From NCBI GenBank assembly GCA_039812985.1, contig JBDHUL010000001.1:1-56744 (forward strand): DNA of 56,744 nucleotides. Reading direction: 5' to 3'. The DNA is from Candidatus Saccharimonadaceae bacterium (lineage in GTDB: Bacteria > Patescibacteriota > Saccharimonadia > Saccharimonadales > Saccharimonadaceae). Numbering within the stretch: position 1 is the stretch's first letter; each line of letters starts with the position of its first letter. This document shows positions 19,294 through 29,407 of this stretch, one piece after another. The notes under the pieces were generated by a model. The model was not told the DNA's origin. It worked only from the letters and a program-made list of their open reading frames with translations, and did not search any database. The translations under genes and the position numbers were made by a program.

Positions 19294-19950
19294 ATGGAAG
19301 TATTTATTAATTTCATCGTTAGTTTTGGCGTTATAGCTATACTGCTCGTTATTTTCGCGGAATCCGGCCTGTTGATCGGGTTTCTGTTTCCGGGCGATAG
19401 CTTACTATTTACCGCTGGTTTTTTAGTGCAACAAGGCCTTTTGCCCATCAACATCCATCTCTTTGTACTCCTACTTTTTCTTGCGGCAGCACTTGGCGAA
19501 ACCACTGGATACTGGTTTGGGCGCAAAGTTGGGCGCAAACTATTTACCCGCAAAAATTCGCGGTTTTTCCGTACCGAAAACCTTCAGCGTGCCGAAGCAT
19601 TCTATGAAAAATACGGCCCCGTCACCATCGTCCTTGCGTGCTTTATCCCCATCGTGCGAACGTTTGTTCCCATTGTCGCTGGCATAAGCAAAATGTCATA
19701 CCCGCAGTTTGTTCCATTTAACATCCTTGGTGCCGCCCTCTGGACAGCCTGCTTTACCTACCTCGGGTATTTTGCAGGCGGTGCACTCCATAGATTTGGG
19801 GTCAATGTCGAACTCGCTGCTATTATTATCATTATCCTTTCTGTGTCGCCCATGCTCATTCATTTTCTACGCGACAAAAAGAAGCTTGCTGGGTTAGCCG
19901 AAGCGACAAAGCGAGAAATTAAACTCTTGTTCGGCCGTAAAAAACACTAG
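19294..19950 (+). CDS. DedA-family (SNARE-associated) membrane protein
   Basis: Trimmed to ATG 19294. [24 protein letters not shown] and ..FIP.VRTFVP..AG...M.Y..F...N..GA.LW motifs. Overlaps the uvrA stop by 4 nt, convergently. Confidence 0.85.
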   Translation: MEVFINFIVSFGVIAILLVIFAESGLLIGFLFPGDSLLFTAGFLVQQGLLPINIHLFVLLLFLAAALGETTGYWFGRKVGRKLFTRKNSRFFRTENLQRAEAFYEKYGPVTIVLACFIPIVRTFVPIVAGISKMSYPQFVPFNILGAALWTACFTYLGYFAGGALHRFGVNVELAAIIIIILSVSPMLIHFLRDKKKLAGLAEATKREIKLLFGRKKH

Positions 19951-22754
19951 AGTAAGCCGCGTAAGTATGTTCCGGTATAACTTTCAGGGGTTTTTGCCAC
20001 TTCTTCGGGTGTGCCCGCTGCGACTACCCGCCCGCCGCCTTCGCCTCCTTCCGGCCCCATGTCGATAACATAGTCCGCCGACTTAATGACATCGAGGTTA
20101 TGTTCGATAATCACCATACTATTTCCGGTATCGACAAGTGCCTGGAGAACATGGAGGAGCTTTTTGACATCATCCGAATGTAGCCCAGTGGTTGGCTCAT
20201 CGAGGATATAGAGCGTCTTACCGGTCGCCCGACGGCTGAGCTCGGTCGCTAATTTTATGCGCTGGGCTTCGCCGCCCGAAAAGGTCGTCGCCGGCTGTCC
20301 GAGTTTAATATAGCCCAGTCCAACCTCAACGAGTGTAACCATCTTACGTTTAATCGCTGGTTGATTTTCAAAAAAACTAGCCGCTTGCTCAACAGTCATC
20401 TCCAGAACATCGGCAATGGTCTTTCCCTTGAATATGATCTCAAGCGCTTCGCGGTTATAGCGCTTACCATGGCACACCTCACACGTCACGTAAACATCTG
20501 GCAAAAAGTGCATCTCTATCTTGATCACCCCATCGCCTTGACAATTCTCACAGCGACCACCCCGCACGTTGAAACTAAACCGCCCAGCTTTGTACCCGCG
20601 CACACCCGCTTCTGGCGTTCCGGCAAATAGCTCGCGAATAGATGTAAAAACACCAGTGTACGTCGCCGGGTTTGACCGCGGGGTACGACCAATGGCCGAC
20701 TGATCGATGACGATTACTTTGTCAAGTTGCTTCACCCCCTCGATTGCTTCATGCTTACCAGCAACTTCCTGCGCGCGGTTCAGCTGCGCCGCGAGTTCCT
20801 TCGCAAGAATATCGTTGATGAGCGTCGATTTGCCCGACCCGCTCACCCCAGATACAACAGTCAGAAGCCCCAGCGGTAGTTCGACCGTCAAGTTTTTCAG
20901 GTTATGTTCGCTTGCACCGACAATACTCAGGACGCGCCCATTACCCTTTCGTCGTTTTTTAGGGACGGCGATAGCAAGCTCACCCGATAAATACTTCCCC
21001 GTCAAGCTTGTTGGATGCGCGGCTACTTCCGTCGGTGTCCCGGCAGCACACACCTTGCCACCATGCACCCCCGCTCCCGGTCCGATGTCGAGCAAATAAT
21101 CCGCCGACCGTATCGTATCTTCGTCATGCTCCACCACGAGTACGGTATTGCCAATATCCCTCAAATGTTTCAACGTCGCAATAAGCCGATCATTATCGCG
21201 CTGATGTAGACCAATGGACGGTTCATCGAGCACATAGAGCACTCCTTGTAGCCCGGAGCCGATCTGAGTCGCCAACCGTATTCGCTGGGCCTCGCCGCCA
21301 GATAGCGTGTTTGCCGCTCGACTCAGCTCAAGATATGTCAGTCCCACGTCATGCATAAACCCAAGCCGGGCCAGTATTTCTTTAAAAATCTGCTGAGCTA
21401 TGGCCATTTCTTTGTCGTCAAGCTGTAACGTATCCTTAAACAATGTGTAGGCTTCATCAACTGAAAGGTCGGAGATATCCATGATATTGAGGCCATGAAC
21501 CGTCACCGCCAGCACTTCTGGTTTCAGGCGTCTCCCCTTACAGGCATGGCAGGGGCGCTCACGCATAAATCGTTCAATGTCACGGCGCATAAACTCACTA
21601 TCGGTTTCTTTCCATCGGCGCTCAAGGTTTGGCACAACGCCCTCATAGGTGCTGTCGTAGTGTCGGCCCGACCCCAGTGATATACGGTAGCGTTGGTTGC
21701 CGGTTCCATAGAGTATTTTTTGAGTTGCCTCAGGTGAAAGTTCGCCCGCTTTTACTTGCAGCGAGAAGTCATGCACTTCTGCTACAGCGGCTAGTTTTTT
21801 CATCCACCAGGCATCAGAGTTAACGCGGTTATACGGACGAATCGCACCTTCGGCAATCGTCAAGTTGGGGTTAAATACCAACTCAGGGTCAACTTCGAGC
21901 CGTGACCCAAGACCGGTACAGACCGGACAAGCTCCTTGCGGCGCATTGAAACTAAACAGCCTCGGCTCAAGTTCTGGCAAAACAATATCCGGGTGATCCA
22001 AACAAGCGTATCGCTGTGAATACAGCTTTACCTCGTTCGTGTCGGCGTCGAGTACCATGACAGCACCACCGGCTATTTCAAGTGCCTGCTCGACCGACTG
22101 AGCCAAACGACCCAGGCTTTCGGCATTATTAACCAGCCTATCGACCACCACCTCAATGCTGTGTTTGTAGTTTTTATCGAGTGTCGGAAATTCGTCGAGT
22201 GCATATACCACTCCGTCAACCCGCGCCCGCGCAAAACCTTGTCGGCCGTATTGCTCCGGCACGTGTAGAAACTCACCCTTTTTGTCAGTCGCAATGGGCG
22301 CAAGTATCATCAGCCGTTTCTCGCCTAGCCCAGCTATATCGTCAACAATCGCCTGTGGTGTTCGTCGAGTCACCGGACGGCCATCGACCGGACAATGAGG
22401 TACCCCCACGCGCGCAAACAGCAATCGCAGGTAGTCGTAGATCTCCGTCACTGTCGCCACGGTCGAACGCGGGTTGCGGCTGGTCGATTTTTGGTCGATA
22501 GAAATAGCTGGACTGAGTCCGTCAATCTGATCGACATCGGGCTTTTCCATCAGTCCAAGAAACTGACGTGCATAGGCACTGAGGCTTTCAACGTATCGCC
22601 GCTGCCCCTCAGCGTAGATAGTGTCAAATGCTAACGAACTCTTACCCGACCCGGACAGACCGGTTATGACCACCAACTTGTCACGCGGAATGTCAACATC
22701 GATATTTTTCAGGTTATGTTCACGGGCACCTCGCACCGAAATAAACTCAGACAT
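19947..22754 (-). CDS. uvrA: Excinuclease ABC subunit A
   Basis: 935 aa. Two ABC ATPase modules (GLSGSGKSS; GVSGSGKST), zinc-finger Cys clusters and LSGGE.QR signatures. Confidence 0.97.
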   Translation of the reverse strand: MSEFISVRGAREHNLKNIDVDIPRDKLVVITGLSGSGKSSLAFDTIYAEGQRRYVESLSAYARQFLGLMEKPDVDQIDGLSPAISIDQKSTSRNPRSTVATVTEIYDYLRLLFARVGVPHCPVDGRPVTRRTPQAIVDDIAGLGEKRLMILAPIATDKKGEFLHVPEQYGRQGFARARVDGVVYALDEFPTLDKNYKHSIEVVVDRLVNNAESLGRLAQSVEQALEIAGGAVMVLDADTNEVKLYSQRYACLDHPDIVLPELEPRLFSFNAPQGACPVCTGLGSRLEVDPELVFNPNLTIAEGAIRPYNRVNSDAWWMKKLAAVAEVHDFSLQVKAGELSPEATQKILYGTGNQRYRISLGSGRHYDSTYEGVVPNLERRWKETDSEFMRRDIERFMRERPCHACKGRRLKPEVLAVTVHGLNIMDISDLSVDEAYTLFKDTLQLDDKEMAIAQQIFKEILARLGFMHDVGLTYLELSRAANTLSGGEAQRIRLATQIGSGLQGVLYVLDEPSIGLHQRDNDRLIATLKHLRDIGNTVLVVEHDEDTIRSADYLLDIGPGAGVHGGKVCAAGTPTEVAAHPTSLTGKYLSGELAIAVPKKRRKGNGRVLSIVGASEHNLKNLTVELPLGLLTVVSGVSGSGKSTLINDILAKELAAQLNRAQEVAGKHEAIEGVKQLDKVIVIDQSAIGRTPRSNPATYTGVFTSIRELFAGTPEAGVRGYKAGRFSFNVRGGRCENCQGDGVIKIEMHFLPDVYVTCEVCHGKRYNREALEIIFKGKTIADVLEMTVEQAASFFENQPAIKRKMVTLVEVGLGYIKLGQPATTFSGGEAQRIKLATELSRRATGKTLYILDEPTTGLHSDDVKKLLHVLQALVDTGNSMVIIEHNLDVIKSADYVIDMGPEGGEGGGRVVAAGTPEEVAKTPESYTGTYLRGLL

Positions 22755-22834
22755 AATTCGTCTATTATACTATACGTCAAAATGCACGCCTGTATTAAAC
22801 CTCAAAAGCAGTGGCGTCATTCTAGACAAAACTA

Positions 22835-22863
22835 TTGCATAATGCTATTTTTTGTTGTATAAT
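22835..22863 (+). promoter_or_regulatory. Consensus promoter TTGCAT-N17-TATAAT placed 6 nt before an ATG (leaderless-type)
   Basis: Hexamers at 22835-22840 and 22858-22863; ATG at 22870; no Shine-Dalgarno sequence in between. Confidence 0.5.
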
Positions 22864-22869
22864 TCAGAC

Positions 22870-23223
22870 ATGCGTAAACACATTGGCCTGTTCGTTATCA
22901 TTGCCGCTATTGCGCTTGTTGTATGTGTTCCAAAAGTGCTCGATAATCTTGTGGCCTTACTCCTGGTTGGCCGTATACCGTTTACTCACTACACCATCCC
23001 CTCACTCGCAATGCTTGCCGTCTATGCCATTCTACTCGCTGTGGGGGTCTACTCCATGGCAAACCTGGCGATGAGCGTTGCAAGTCCGATTCAACGCGAC
23101 GAAACTGCCCGAAAACGTGCCCGTCAAAAGGTCCTTGCCGGTACAAAAAAACAGTCTGCGGTGGGATCATCCTCCGCTCCTTCGCGTGCTAAAAAGCGCT
23201 ATCAGATCGTCAATGAGCACTAA
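22870..23223 (+). CDS. Hypothetical small membrane protein (3 TM, basic C-terminal tail)
   Basis: Trimmed to ATG 22870, because the first 6 codons of the track ORF are the -10 box itself. I recognise no family. Confidence 0.5.
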   Translation: MRKHIGLFVIIAAIALVVCVPKVLDNLVALLLVGRIPFTHYTIPSLAMLAVYAILLAVGVYSMANLAMSVASPIQRDETARKRARQKVLAGTKKQSAVGSSSAPSRAKKRYQIVNEH

Positions 23224-23233
23224 CGCTTGCATC

Positions 23234-24655
23234 TCACAGTTCGGTGTCAATAACCGCTATTGACTCTGCCCATAGCTGTAGTTCCTCCAGCACAAATGTG
23301 TCTACGCTGGTTTCGGCTAATTTTGCGAGTGTCTGCATGTAGCCCGGTAGTTCTTGACGTAGCTTTTGGCTCCGGTACTGCTCCCAGATTTGCCGTTCAT
23401 CACCAGCAAGACTATCACTAAACCAGCGTGCTTTGTAGCGTAGGAGGAGTTCACTCAGCCTCGAGTCAACAAACTGAGGATGAAAGTCTGCTAGCGTATG
23501 TACATCAGCCGCCCGAACAGCGCCCGAAAGAGTTTTGTCATGGTCAGGTATGAATCCATCGTACAATTGCTGTTCAACATCGGTACTGGGAGCATATGGT
23601 TCACGCATTTCATAGGCTGTCCGCACCGCCTCTTTGAACGCCGGGTACTGGAGAAGCAATTGCAAGTGGCGCTGTACTGTATCAAGCGATACATCAAGTC
23701 GCCGTTGCGAGCTGTCGTCAAGCACTCCCAGCGGTGCCACCGCTGGACATTTGTTGTACGCAAGCTCCTTAACCGGAAGCGGCACAAACCCCTCCTGAGA
23801 TCGCCGTTCATGCTCCGCAAACAGTGTGCTCGCAAGTGCCTGTGGCGTCGCTTTAAGGAAAGGGGTCGGATCGTACCGCAGGTCATACACGAGCACCGAG
23901 CCAGGCCTTGTTCCAGACGCAACAGGAAAAGCTACTGTCGTAAAGTCATGATCCTTGCCATACCGACCCGATGCATAGACAAATGGCTTTGGGTCTTCAA
24001 GATTGACGAGCTTTACAACGTTGTCCTTGGAACGAAGCTTAAACAGATAGTCAAATAACTGTGGTTGTTTTTGCTGAAGTAACTGGGTAAGGGCTATGAG
24101 CGCCTCAACATCACTCAACGCATCGTGGGCTTTCGTGTGCAGTAGGTTATTGGCCTTCGCGAGCAATTCAAGACGGTTTGTCGGAGCGCCGCTGGCATCA
24201 ACCGCCCATTCGATCCCCTCGGGCCGAAGCGCCCGTGTCATACGTACGACATCGAGGATATCCCACCGGCTGCGCCCCTCACTCCAAGCCCATTCATATG
24301 GATCGTAGAAGTTACGCCAGAGCATATGCCGCATAAATTCATCGTCAAACCGTACATTGTTGTACCCGACAGCAACCGTATTAGGAGTAAACACTTCTTC
24401 ACTCACGAACCGAGCAAATTCGGGCTCACTCAAACCATCTGACAGCGTCATCTGCGGCGTGATACCTGTCACAGTCACCGCATATGGCTCAGGTAATATG
24501 TCGTCACTAAGCCTCACAAGAACATTCACCGGGTCACCGACTGGTTGTAGCTGGGCATCTGTTCGCTGCCCAGCAAACTGCATAATACGCTGCGTCCTAG
24601 CACTCAGCCCGCTTGTCTCGAGATCGTAGAAGAAAAACGTATGCATAGTATTCAT
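23234..24655 (-). CDS. sbcB: Exodeoxyribonuclease I
   Basis: Trimmed to ATG 24655 (473 aa). DEDDh ExoI motif FFFYDLETSG......I.QFA..RTD, HDALSDV and an SH3-like/C-terminal domain. The length matches ExoI. Confidence 0.85.
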   Translation of the reverse strand: MNTMHTFFFYDLETSGLSARTQRIMQFAGQRTDAQLQPVGDPVNVLVRLSDDILPEPYAVTVTGITPQMTLSDGLSEPEFARFVSEEVFTPNTVAVGYNNVRFDDEFMRHMLWRNFYDPYEWAWSEGRSRWDILDVVRMTRALRPEGIEWAVDASGAPTNRLELLAKANNLLHTKAHDALSDVEALIALTQLLQQKQPQLFDYLFKLRSKDNVVKLVNLEDPKPFVYASGRYGKDHDFTTVAFPVASGTRPGSVLVYDLRYDPTPFLKATPQALASTLFAEHERRSQEGFVPLPVKELAYNKCPAVAPLGVLDDSSQRRLDVSLDTVQRHLQLLLQYPAFKEAVRTAYEMREPYAPSTDVEQQLYDGFIPDHDKTLSGAVRAADVHTLADFHPQFVDSRLSELLLRYKARWFSDSLAGDERQIWEQYRSQKLRQELPGYMQTLAKLAETSVDTFVLEELQLWAESIAVIDTEL

Positions 24656-24709
24656 TATGACAGGCAAGGCCTGAAAAACGAAGGAGGCCTGAAGAAGGTC
24701 TTTCTGGTA

Positions 24710-24744
24710 TTGTACATGTTTGTACACGTGTGGTATAATGTACA
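24710..24744 (+). promoter_or_regulatory. Promoter (TTGTAC-N18-TATAAT) with three TGTACA palindromes
   Basis: TGTACA at 24711-16, 24721-26 and 24739-44. TATAAT at 24734-39, with TG two and three nt upstream (24731-32). GGAGGA RBS at 24757-62. Confidence 0.4.
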
Positions 24745-24766
24745 AACGAAACGACATGGAGGATAC

Positions 24767-25309
24767 ATGACAACCAAGCAAGCGGTTAACACTGCTCTCG
24801 ACGTTATCGGTAAGAACGGCTTAAGCGGAGTGGTATGCGAGGCCACTTCTCTCCCTGAGGCCCTGCGGGCCGTCGGCCTCGACAAACTTCGCTCCTCAAC
24901 ACTGTCGCGCGTCACAGCAGAACTCCGCCGACAAAAACTTATAGAAACCGGTCGAGATGGCAAACACTTTCGCCTTCAGCTGTCTGTTAAGGGCGTTCAC
25001 CGTTTACAACGCGCCGCGCTCAGTAGTATCAGCCTTCCAGAGCCGACTCAGTGGGATGGTATATGGCGAATGGTCACCTACGACGTTCCGCGCGCCCAGA
25101 GCACCCAACGCCGGCTATTCGCCAGCCAGTTGCGCCGACTCGGCTTTGTTATGGTGCGCGAAAGCGTCTGGTTTCATCGTTACCCATGCTTTGATGCCGT
25201 ACTTGAGATCGCTCGATACTGCAATCTGCAGCGTCACATCACCCTGGCTGAGATTTCGCGGCTGGATCAGATAAGCCTCGAGAAACTCCGCCTGGCTTTT
25301 GCTGTCTAG
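24767..25309 (+). CDS. PaaX-like regulator (N-terminal wHTH plus Cas2-like ferredoxin-fold domain)
   Basis: Trimmed to ATG 24767, which has an RBS. C-terminal W.G.WR.V.YD.P......RR.....L...GF....SVW..P is the PaaX/Cas2-fold signature. Confidence 0.6.
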   Translation: MTTKQAVNTALDVIGKNGLSGVVCEATSLPEALRAVGLDKLRSSTLSRVTAELRRQKLIETGRDGKHFRLQLSVKGVHRLQRAALSSISLPEPTQWDGIWRMVTYDVPRAQSTQRRLFASQLRRLGFVMVRESVWFHRYPCFDAVLEIARYCNLQRHITLAEISRLDQISLEKLRLAFAV

Positions 25310-25312
25310 TAT

Positions 25313-26605
25313 CTACTGTTCCGTAAGTGTGAACTCACGCTGCCCAACGCGTAAGTGGCTGTTCGACCGTGCCCCCTGGCGGATAAGTTCATGAGTAATG
25401 CCCATTTTGCGCATAATATCGCGTAGGCGGTTCAATGCATGAACGTTCGCAGTATCGGTACGACGAGCAAATTTTTCAATCTTCTCGCCCTTAATCACGT
25501 AGACTACTCCATCTTTTTCGACTGACCATGCTGCATCAGTGGCACGTTCGTCAAGACGTATGACCGGGATTTCTTCTTCGGCCGCGGCCTCTTCTTCGGT
25601 CTCTGCTGCGGCATTACGGCGCACAGCAGAAACCTGACCGGCAAGTTCGCGGAGAAGTTCGGTGAGTCCTTTGTGGGCCTGCGACGACACGGCAAATACT
25701 GGCGTCGTCACTGACACAACTGTCCTCAGGGCACGTTCCTGCATCGCAACAACGTCAGCATCAAGCCCTTCGATTTTTGTCAGTGCAACGACCTCCGGGA
25801 GAGACGCCACAGCCTCGCTGTAGCGGGCAAGCTCTCGACGAATAACCCCATACGCTACTGCCGGATCATCGGTGTAAGCATCAATGAGATGCAGCACTAC
25901 CGCTGTCCGTTCGATGTGGCGAAGAAACGCATCTCCAAGCCCTTTGCCTTCAGCGGCTCCTTCGATAAGACCGGGAATATCGGCAATAAGCAGACTTGCG
26001 CCATCAATATCGGCTACGCCAAGGTTTGGTGACAACGTCGTAAACTCGTAGTCGGCGATTTCAGGACGAGCCTTCGTAACGACGCTTAAAAATGTTGATT
26101 TGCCGGCATTGGGAAACCCGACCAGACCAACATCGGCAAGGAGCTTCAGCTCCAGCTTGGCTTCAAATTCGTCACCAGCTTCACCTAGCTCAGCCACACG
26201 AGGGGCTTGCCGAGTCGAGCTCTTAAAGTGTGCGTTGCCAAACCCGCCGTCGCCCCCGCGGGCAATCACCGCCCGCTCATCGTGAGACGTCAAGTCAGCT
26301 ACCGCCACCCCATCCCGAAGTACCAGTGTGCCAACCGGTACCGACACGAGGAGGTCGCGGCCATTTCGGCCATGTTTTTTCTGCTTCCCCCCCGTTCCAC
26401 CGTCTTCAGCTCGAAGTTCTTGACGCATACGAAAGTCGGCTAACGTATTGATGTTACTGCTTGCAACAAACACAACGTCGCCCCCGCGTCCGCCGTCGCC
26501 CCCATCGGGGCCTCCTTTGTCAACAAATTTCTCATGCCGAAAACTAAGAGCGCCATTGCCCCCGCGGCCAGCGACGACTTTAACAAGTGCAGTATCGACA
26601 AACAT
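25313..26605 (-). CDS. obg: GTPase Obg/CgtA
   Basis: 430 aa. Glycine-rich Obg fold (GG.GG.G..SFR.EKF...GGPDGGDGG.GG), G1 GFPNAGKST, G3 DIPGLIEGA and a C-terminal OCT/DUF1967 domain. Confidence 0.96.
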   Translation of the reverse strand: MFVDTALVKVVAGRGGNGALSFRHEKFVDKGGPDGGDGGRGGDVVFVASSNINTLADFRMRQELRAEDGGTGGKQKKHGRNGRDLLVSVPVGTLVLRDGVAVADLTSHDERAVIARGGDGGFGNAHFKSSTRQAPRVAELGEAGDEFEAKLELKLLADVGLVGFPNAGKSTFLSVVTKARPEIADYEFTTLSPNLGVADIDGASLLIADIPGLIEGAAEGKGLGDAFLRHIERTAVVLHLIDAYTDDPAVAYGVIRRELARYSEAVASLPEVVALTKIEGLDADVVAMQERALRTVVSVTTPVFAVSSQAHKGLTELLRELAGQVSAVRRNAAAETEEEAAAEEEIPVIRLDERATDAAWSVEKDGVVYVIKGEKIEKFARRTDTANVHALNRLRDIMRKMGITHELIRQGARSNSHLRVGQREFTLTEQ

Positions 26606-26666
26606 AGTACCAGTATAGCAAAATCGCCCCAGAGAGAGCGATTTTATCTATGGAAAAATGAACTCG

Positions 26667-27812
26667 TTACTTTATGAAGGTATAGGACAACACGCCCCCT
26701 CGATCAACATCACGGTAGCTAATAACCCCCCAGCCGCCGCCATTGGCGTAGTAATTCATCTCCGATACGCGTATGCTTCCGTCGGCGTGTTTTTCTTCAA
26801 CAACCGCCACGTGTCCAGCTCCGCCGCCGTTTTGCATCACGTCACCGACGTCAGGATTTCCCCGCGTCACGGTGTATCCCGCTGCGGCGGCCGCATAGGC
26901 CCATGACGAGGCATTTCCCCAGAAGCTTCCGATGGGCCGACCGAGTTGCGCCCTACGGTTATAAGCGTACCAGGTACAGTACCCATAGCTGTATTTGTTA
27001 CCGGCCTGAGCCGCAAACATAGGATTGATAGCTCGAGCTGCTACGACGCCAGTAACTGGTGTCGAGACGTTAATCGTACGCGGTGCAACATATCCCGGAC
27101 GCTCGTTTGCAGGTAGCGTACCTCCCGGTAGTAAAATACGCTGTCCAGCGACAATACCCGTAAGCTCAAGGTTATTTTTACTGACAATACGCGCCTTATC
27201 GGCCTGGTATTTCTGCGCCACGCCATCAAGCGTATCGCCATCCTTAGTCGTGTACACAACACCATCGGCCGCTGGTACGGTCAAATCTGTACCCGGTACG
27301 AGATTATCGGTTACGAGGTTATTTGCCCACTTGAGTGTATCTGGCGTAATACCATAGCGCACGGCAACACTTGGTACCGTGTCACCGGCGATAGCTTTGT
27401 AACTCAAAAGAGCGCTCGAGCTTGCTGGCTCGAACACTTGAGGTTTTGTGATAACTGCCTCATCGCTCTGGGTGAGTTGGCTTTTAACATCCATCGTGAT
27501 GGACATGTTAGTGACTTCGTTTGTCACTGAAAGACCCGCGACTTCGGCCGTACGCGCAGCAAGGCTAGCGACTGCTACCTGATCAACAGATGGGCGAGTC
27601 ACTTCATTTGCTGCTTGGGTTGTACCAGCCACAGAAACTACATCTGTTGGTGGTTTGTAGCCTATAGAGGCAATGGATGCAATAAGTACGAGAACTGAAA
27701 AGTATACAGAAGCGTTTGCAACTTTCTTTGCCTTCTTCAGCGAACGACCCCGCAGAACGGTTCCTGTCATCCGTTGAGTTGAAAGTGCTGTAGATTTTTT
27801 TTCGGCTTTCAC
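26667..27812 (-). CDS. Secreted/anchored peptidoglycan hydrolase: 2x LysM plus C-terminal CHAP domain
   Basis: N-terminal TM. LysM repeats (Y.A..GDT..S.A..YGI....L...N; YT.KDGDTL..VA.KY). CHAP with Y.YG.CTWYA..R and GHVA.VE. The start is uncertain: GTG 27812 without an SD, or ATG 27770. Confidence 0.85.
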   Translation of the reverse strand: MKAEKKSTALSTQRMTGTVLRGRSLKKAKKVANASVYFSVLVLIASIASIGYKPPTDVVSVAGTTQAANEVTRPSVDQVAVASLAARTAEVAGLSVTNEVTNMSITMDVKSQLTQSDEAVITKPQVFEPASSSALLSYKAIAGDTVPSVAVRYGITPDTLKWANNLVTDNLVPGTDLTVPAADGVVYTTKDGDTLDGVAQKYQADKARIVSKNNLELTGIVAGQRILLPGGTLPANERPGYVAPRTINVSTPVTGVVAARAINPMFAAQAGNKYSYGYCTWYAYNRRAQLGRPIGSFWGNASSWAYAAAAAGYTVTRGNPDVGDVMQNGGGAGHVAVVEEKHADGSIRVSEMNYYANGGGWGVISYRDVDRGGVLSYTFIK

Positions 27813-28094
27813 CGAACGAAAACGTAAAATACTTTATCTCCTGCCGTACGTTGCCGCACGAGCACTACCGGTACTTATCTTGCTTTCTTTCACTGGGTGA
27901 TAAGAAACAGGGCGCTATCGACCATCTTTAGGTTAATTGATATTGACGTTTAAGAATGTTTTTCTCGGCGCCTGTAGCGATGTTAATGGTAGGTCATCTT
28001 GAAAATACTTGGGCTTCCACCGCAGATTGGTATAACAGAGGTGCATGAGCACTCGGGTCATATCAACAGCATAGTGTTTCAATAGACAACATTC

Positions 28095-28123
28095 ATTGTA
28101 CCAAGTATTGCATTTTGTGTCAA
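28095..28123 (-). promoter_or_regulatory. Consensus promoter TTGACA-N17-TACAAT about 275 nt upstream of the LysM-CHAP gene
   Basis: Minus-strand hexamers at 28123-28118 and 28100-28095, with an extended TGG before the -10. Confidence 0.5.
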
Positions 28124-28135
28124 TATATTGTACTA

Positions 28136-29407
28136 TTATAGTTCGCAAAGTGTTTTGCAGTATTTTGCGGCATTTGATTCATGCTCGGCGTTAGTCCGCG
28201 CAAAATAGATAAGCCCGTCATCACCCGCAAGAAAAAACAAGTAGTCCGTTGACGACGGGTTAGCCACAGCCTGGAGCGCCATTTCTCCGGGTGAAGCAAT
28301 GGGGCCCGGAGGCAATCCGGCATGGATACGCGTGTTATAGGGAGATTCCAGTTCGGGTGTTGGCGCAACCCCCATCATGTCGGCAGCATAAATAAATGTC
28401 ACGTCAGAACCGAGCGGCATACCATCCTGTAGCCGCTTCAAAAATACCTGTGCAATCTCCTGTTGGTACCCGTAACACCTTGCTTTACGCTCGGGTGTTG
28501 GTTTATCCTCGCAGTTGAGCTCACGCTGAACAATAGACGCAAGCGTAATACCCTGATACAACGTCAGTCCATGGGCTTTAAATTTGGCTTCAAGATCATT
28601 TTTCTGAACAATCGCATAAAAATGCTTAAAGGATTCTTCTAACACTTGGTCGGCTGTGGCTTCCAACGGCATATAGTAGGTTTCGCCAAAAATATAACCC
28701 TCAAGAGTCATTCCGGCGGGTTTGCCTGCAAACAATGGTCCGGTGTATTGTTTCTGGAACGCGGCCGTAATCTGACCGTCGCTGTATCCGGCATGTTGCA
28801 AGACATACTTGACATACATCGTCTGACTGAGGAGCGCTCCAGATGGTTTATACAACGGCTTCTCAATAGTTCCTCCTGGGAAGAACGTAATAGCTCGGAA
28901 ATCATGACAGCCAGCGGTAAGTTTTTGCAACAGCTCTTCGGACGTCTCCGACCGCTTCAAACTACAGGTTCCCGCCTTGAGAGCGTCTTTTTTTCCTGCA
29001 ATAGTAGCATATATCTCAAAGGCAAGTTCATTTCGTATCAGGCCACGTTGCCGCAGGTGCGTTGCTATGTCAGAAAAATGCGCTCCTTCAGCGACGACAA
29101 ATTTAACAGCGGCGTGATCGTTGCTATCCATGGGACGAAGTTGTTCATTGTACCACCAATACATTCCGCCAATCCCGCCCAGAAGCAAGAGGGCGACACT
29201 AGACAGTACCCATCGCCATACTGGGCGAGGTCGTCTCGTGTGCTGTGAATGGTCGATATCGCTAAGAGGTACGGCTTGAATCGAGGGGGATGCGACAGGC
29301 GGCACTGGCGCGCGGGCAGGAGGAAGTGGACCGACGCGTCCAGCTCCCTGGTCGAGCTGAGACTGGTTCACAGTCCGAACACGGCCTTTAGGCGGTCGTA
29401 TATCCAT
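28136..29407 (-). CDS. mltG: Endolytic murein transglycosylase MltG (YceG-like)
   Basis: 423 aa. N-terminal Pro-rich tail and TM, then the YceG domain (LEGY.F.ETY; LASIVQRE; PYNT....GLPPGPI..PG..A..A...P....YL.F). Confidence 0.9.
   Translation of the reverse strand: MDIRPPKGRVRTVNQSQLDQGAGRVGPLPPARAPVPPVASPSIQAVPLSDIDHSQHTRRPRPVWRWVLSSVALLLLGGIGGMYWWYNEQLRPMDSNDHAAVKFVVAEGAHFSDIATHLRQRGLIRNELAFEIYATIAGKKDALKAGTCSLKRSETSEELLQKLTAGCHDFRAITFFPGGTIEKPLYKPSGALLSQTMYVKYVLQHAGYSDGQITAAFQKQYTGPLFAGKPAGMTLEGYIFGETYYMPLEATADQVLEESFKHFYAIVQKNDLEAKFKAHGLTLYQGITLASIVQRELNCEDKPTPERKARCYGYQQEIAQVFLKRLQDGMPLGSDVTFIYAADMMGVAPTPELESPYNTRIHAGLPPGPIASPGEMALQAVANPSSTDYLFFLAGDDGLIYFARTNAEHESNAAKYCKTLCEL

Noticed and set aside
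24641-24781. N-terminal extensions of both sbcB (to 24781) and the PaaX-like gene (from 24641), which overlap each other
   Set aside because: The ExoI motif starts right after the ATG at 24655. The PaaX-like gene has a GGAGGA RBS and a TATAAT promoter in front of the ATG at 24767. The extensions simply read through the shared promoter region.
27813-28094. Calling the hydrolase leader a ydaO-type cyclic-di-AMP riboswitch
   Set aside because: Only one segment loosely resembles the conserved ACCCGAAUCC..AGCUAACCUC block. The GGGGACCCA and GGGGUGAAUC elements are not recognisable or are in the wrong order. I kept it as an unclassified candidate leader only.
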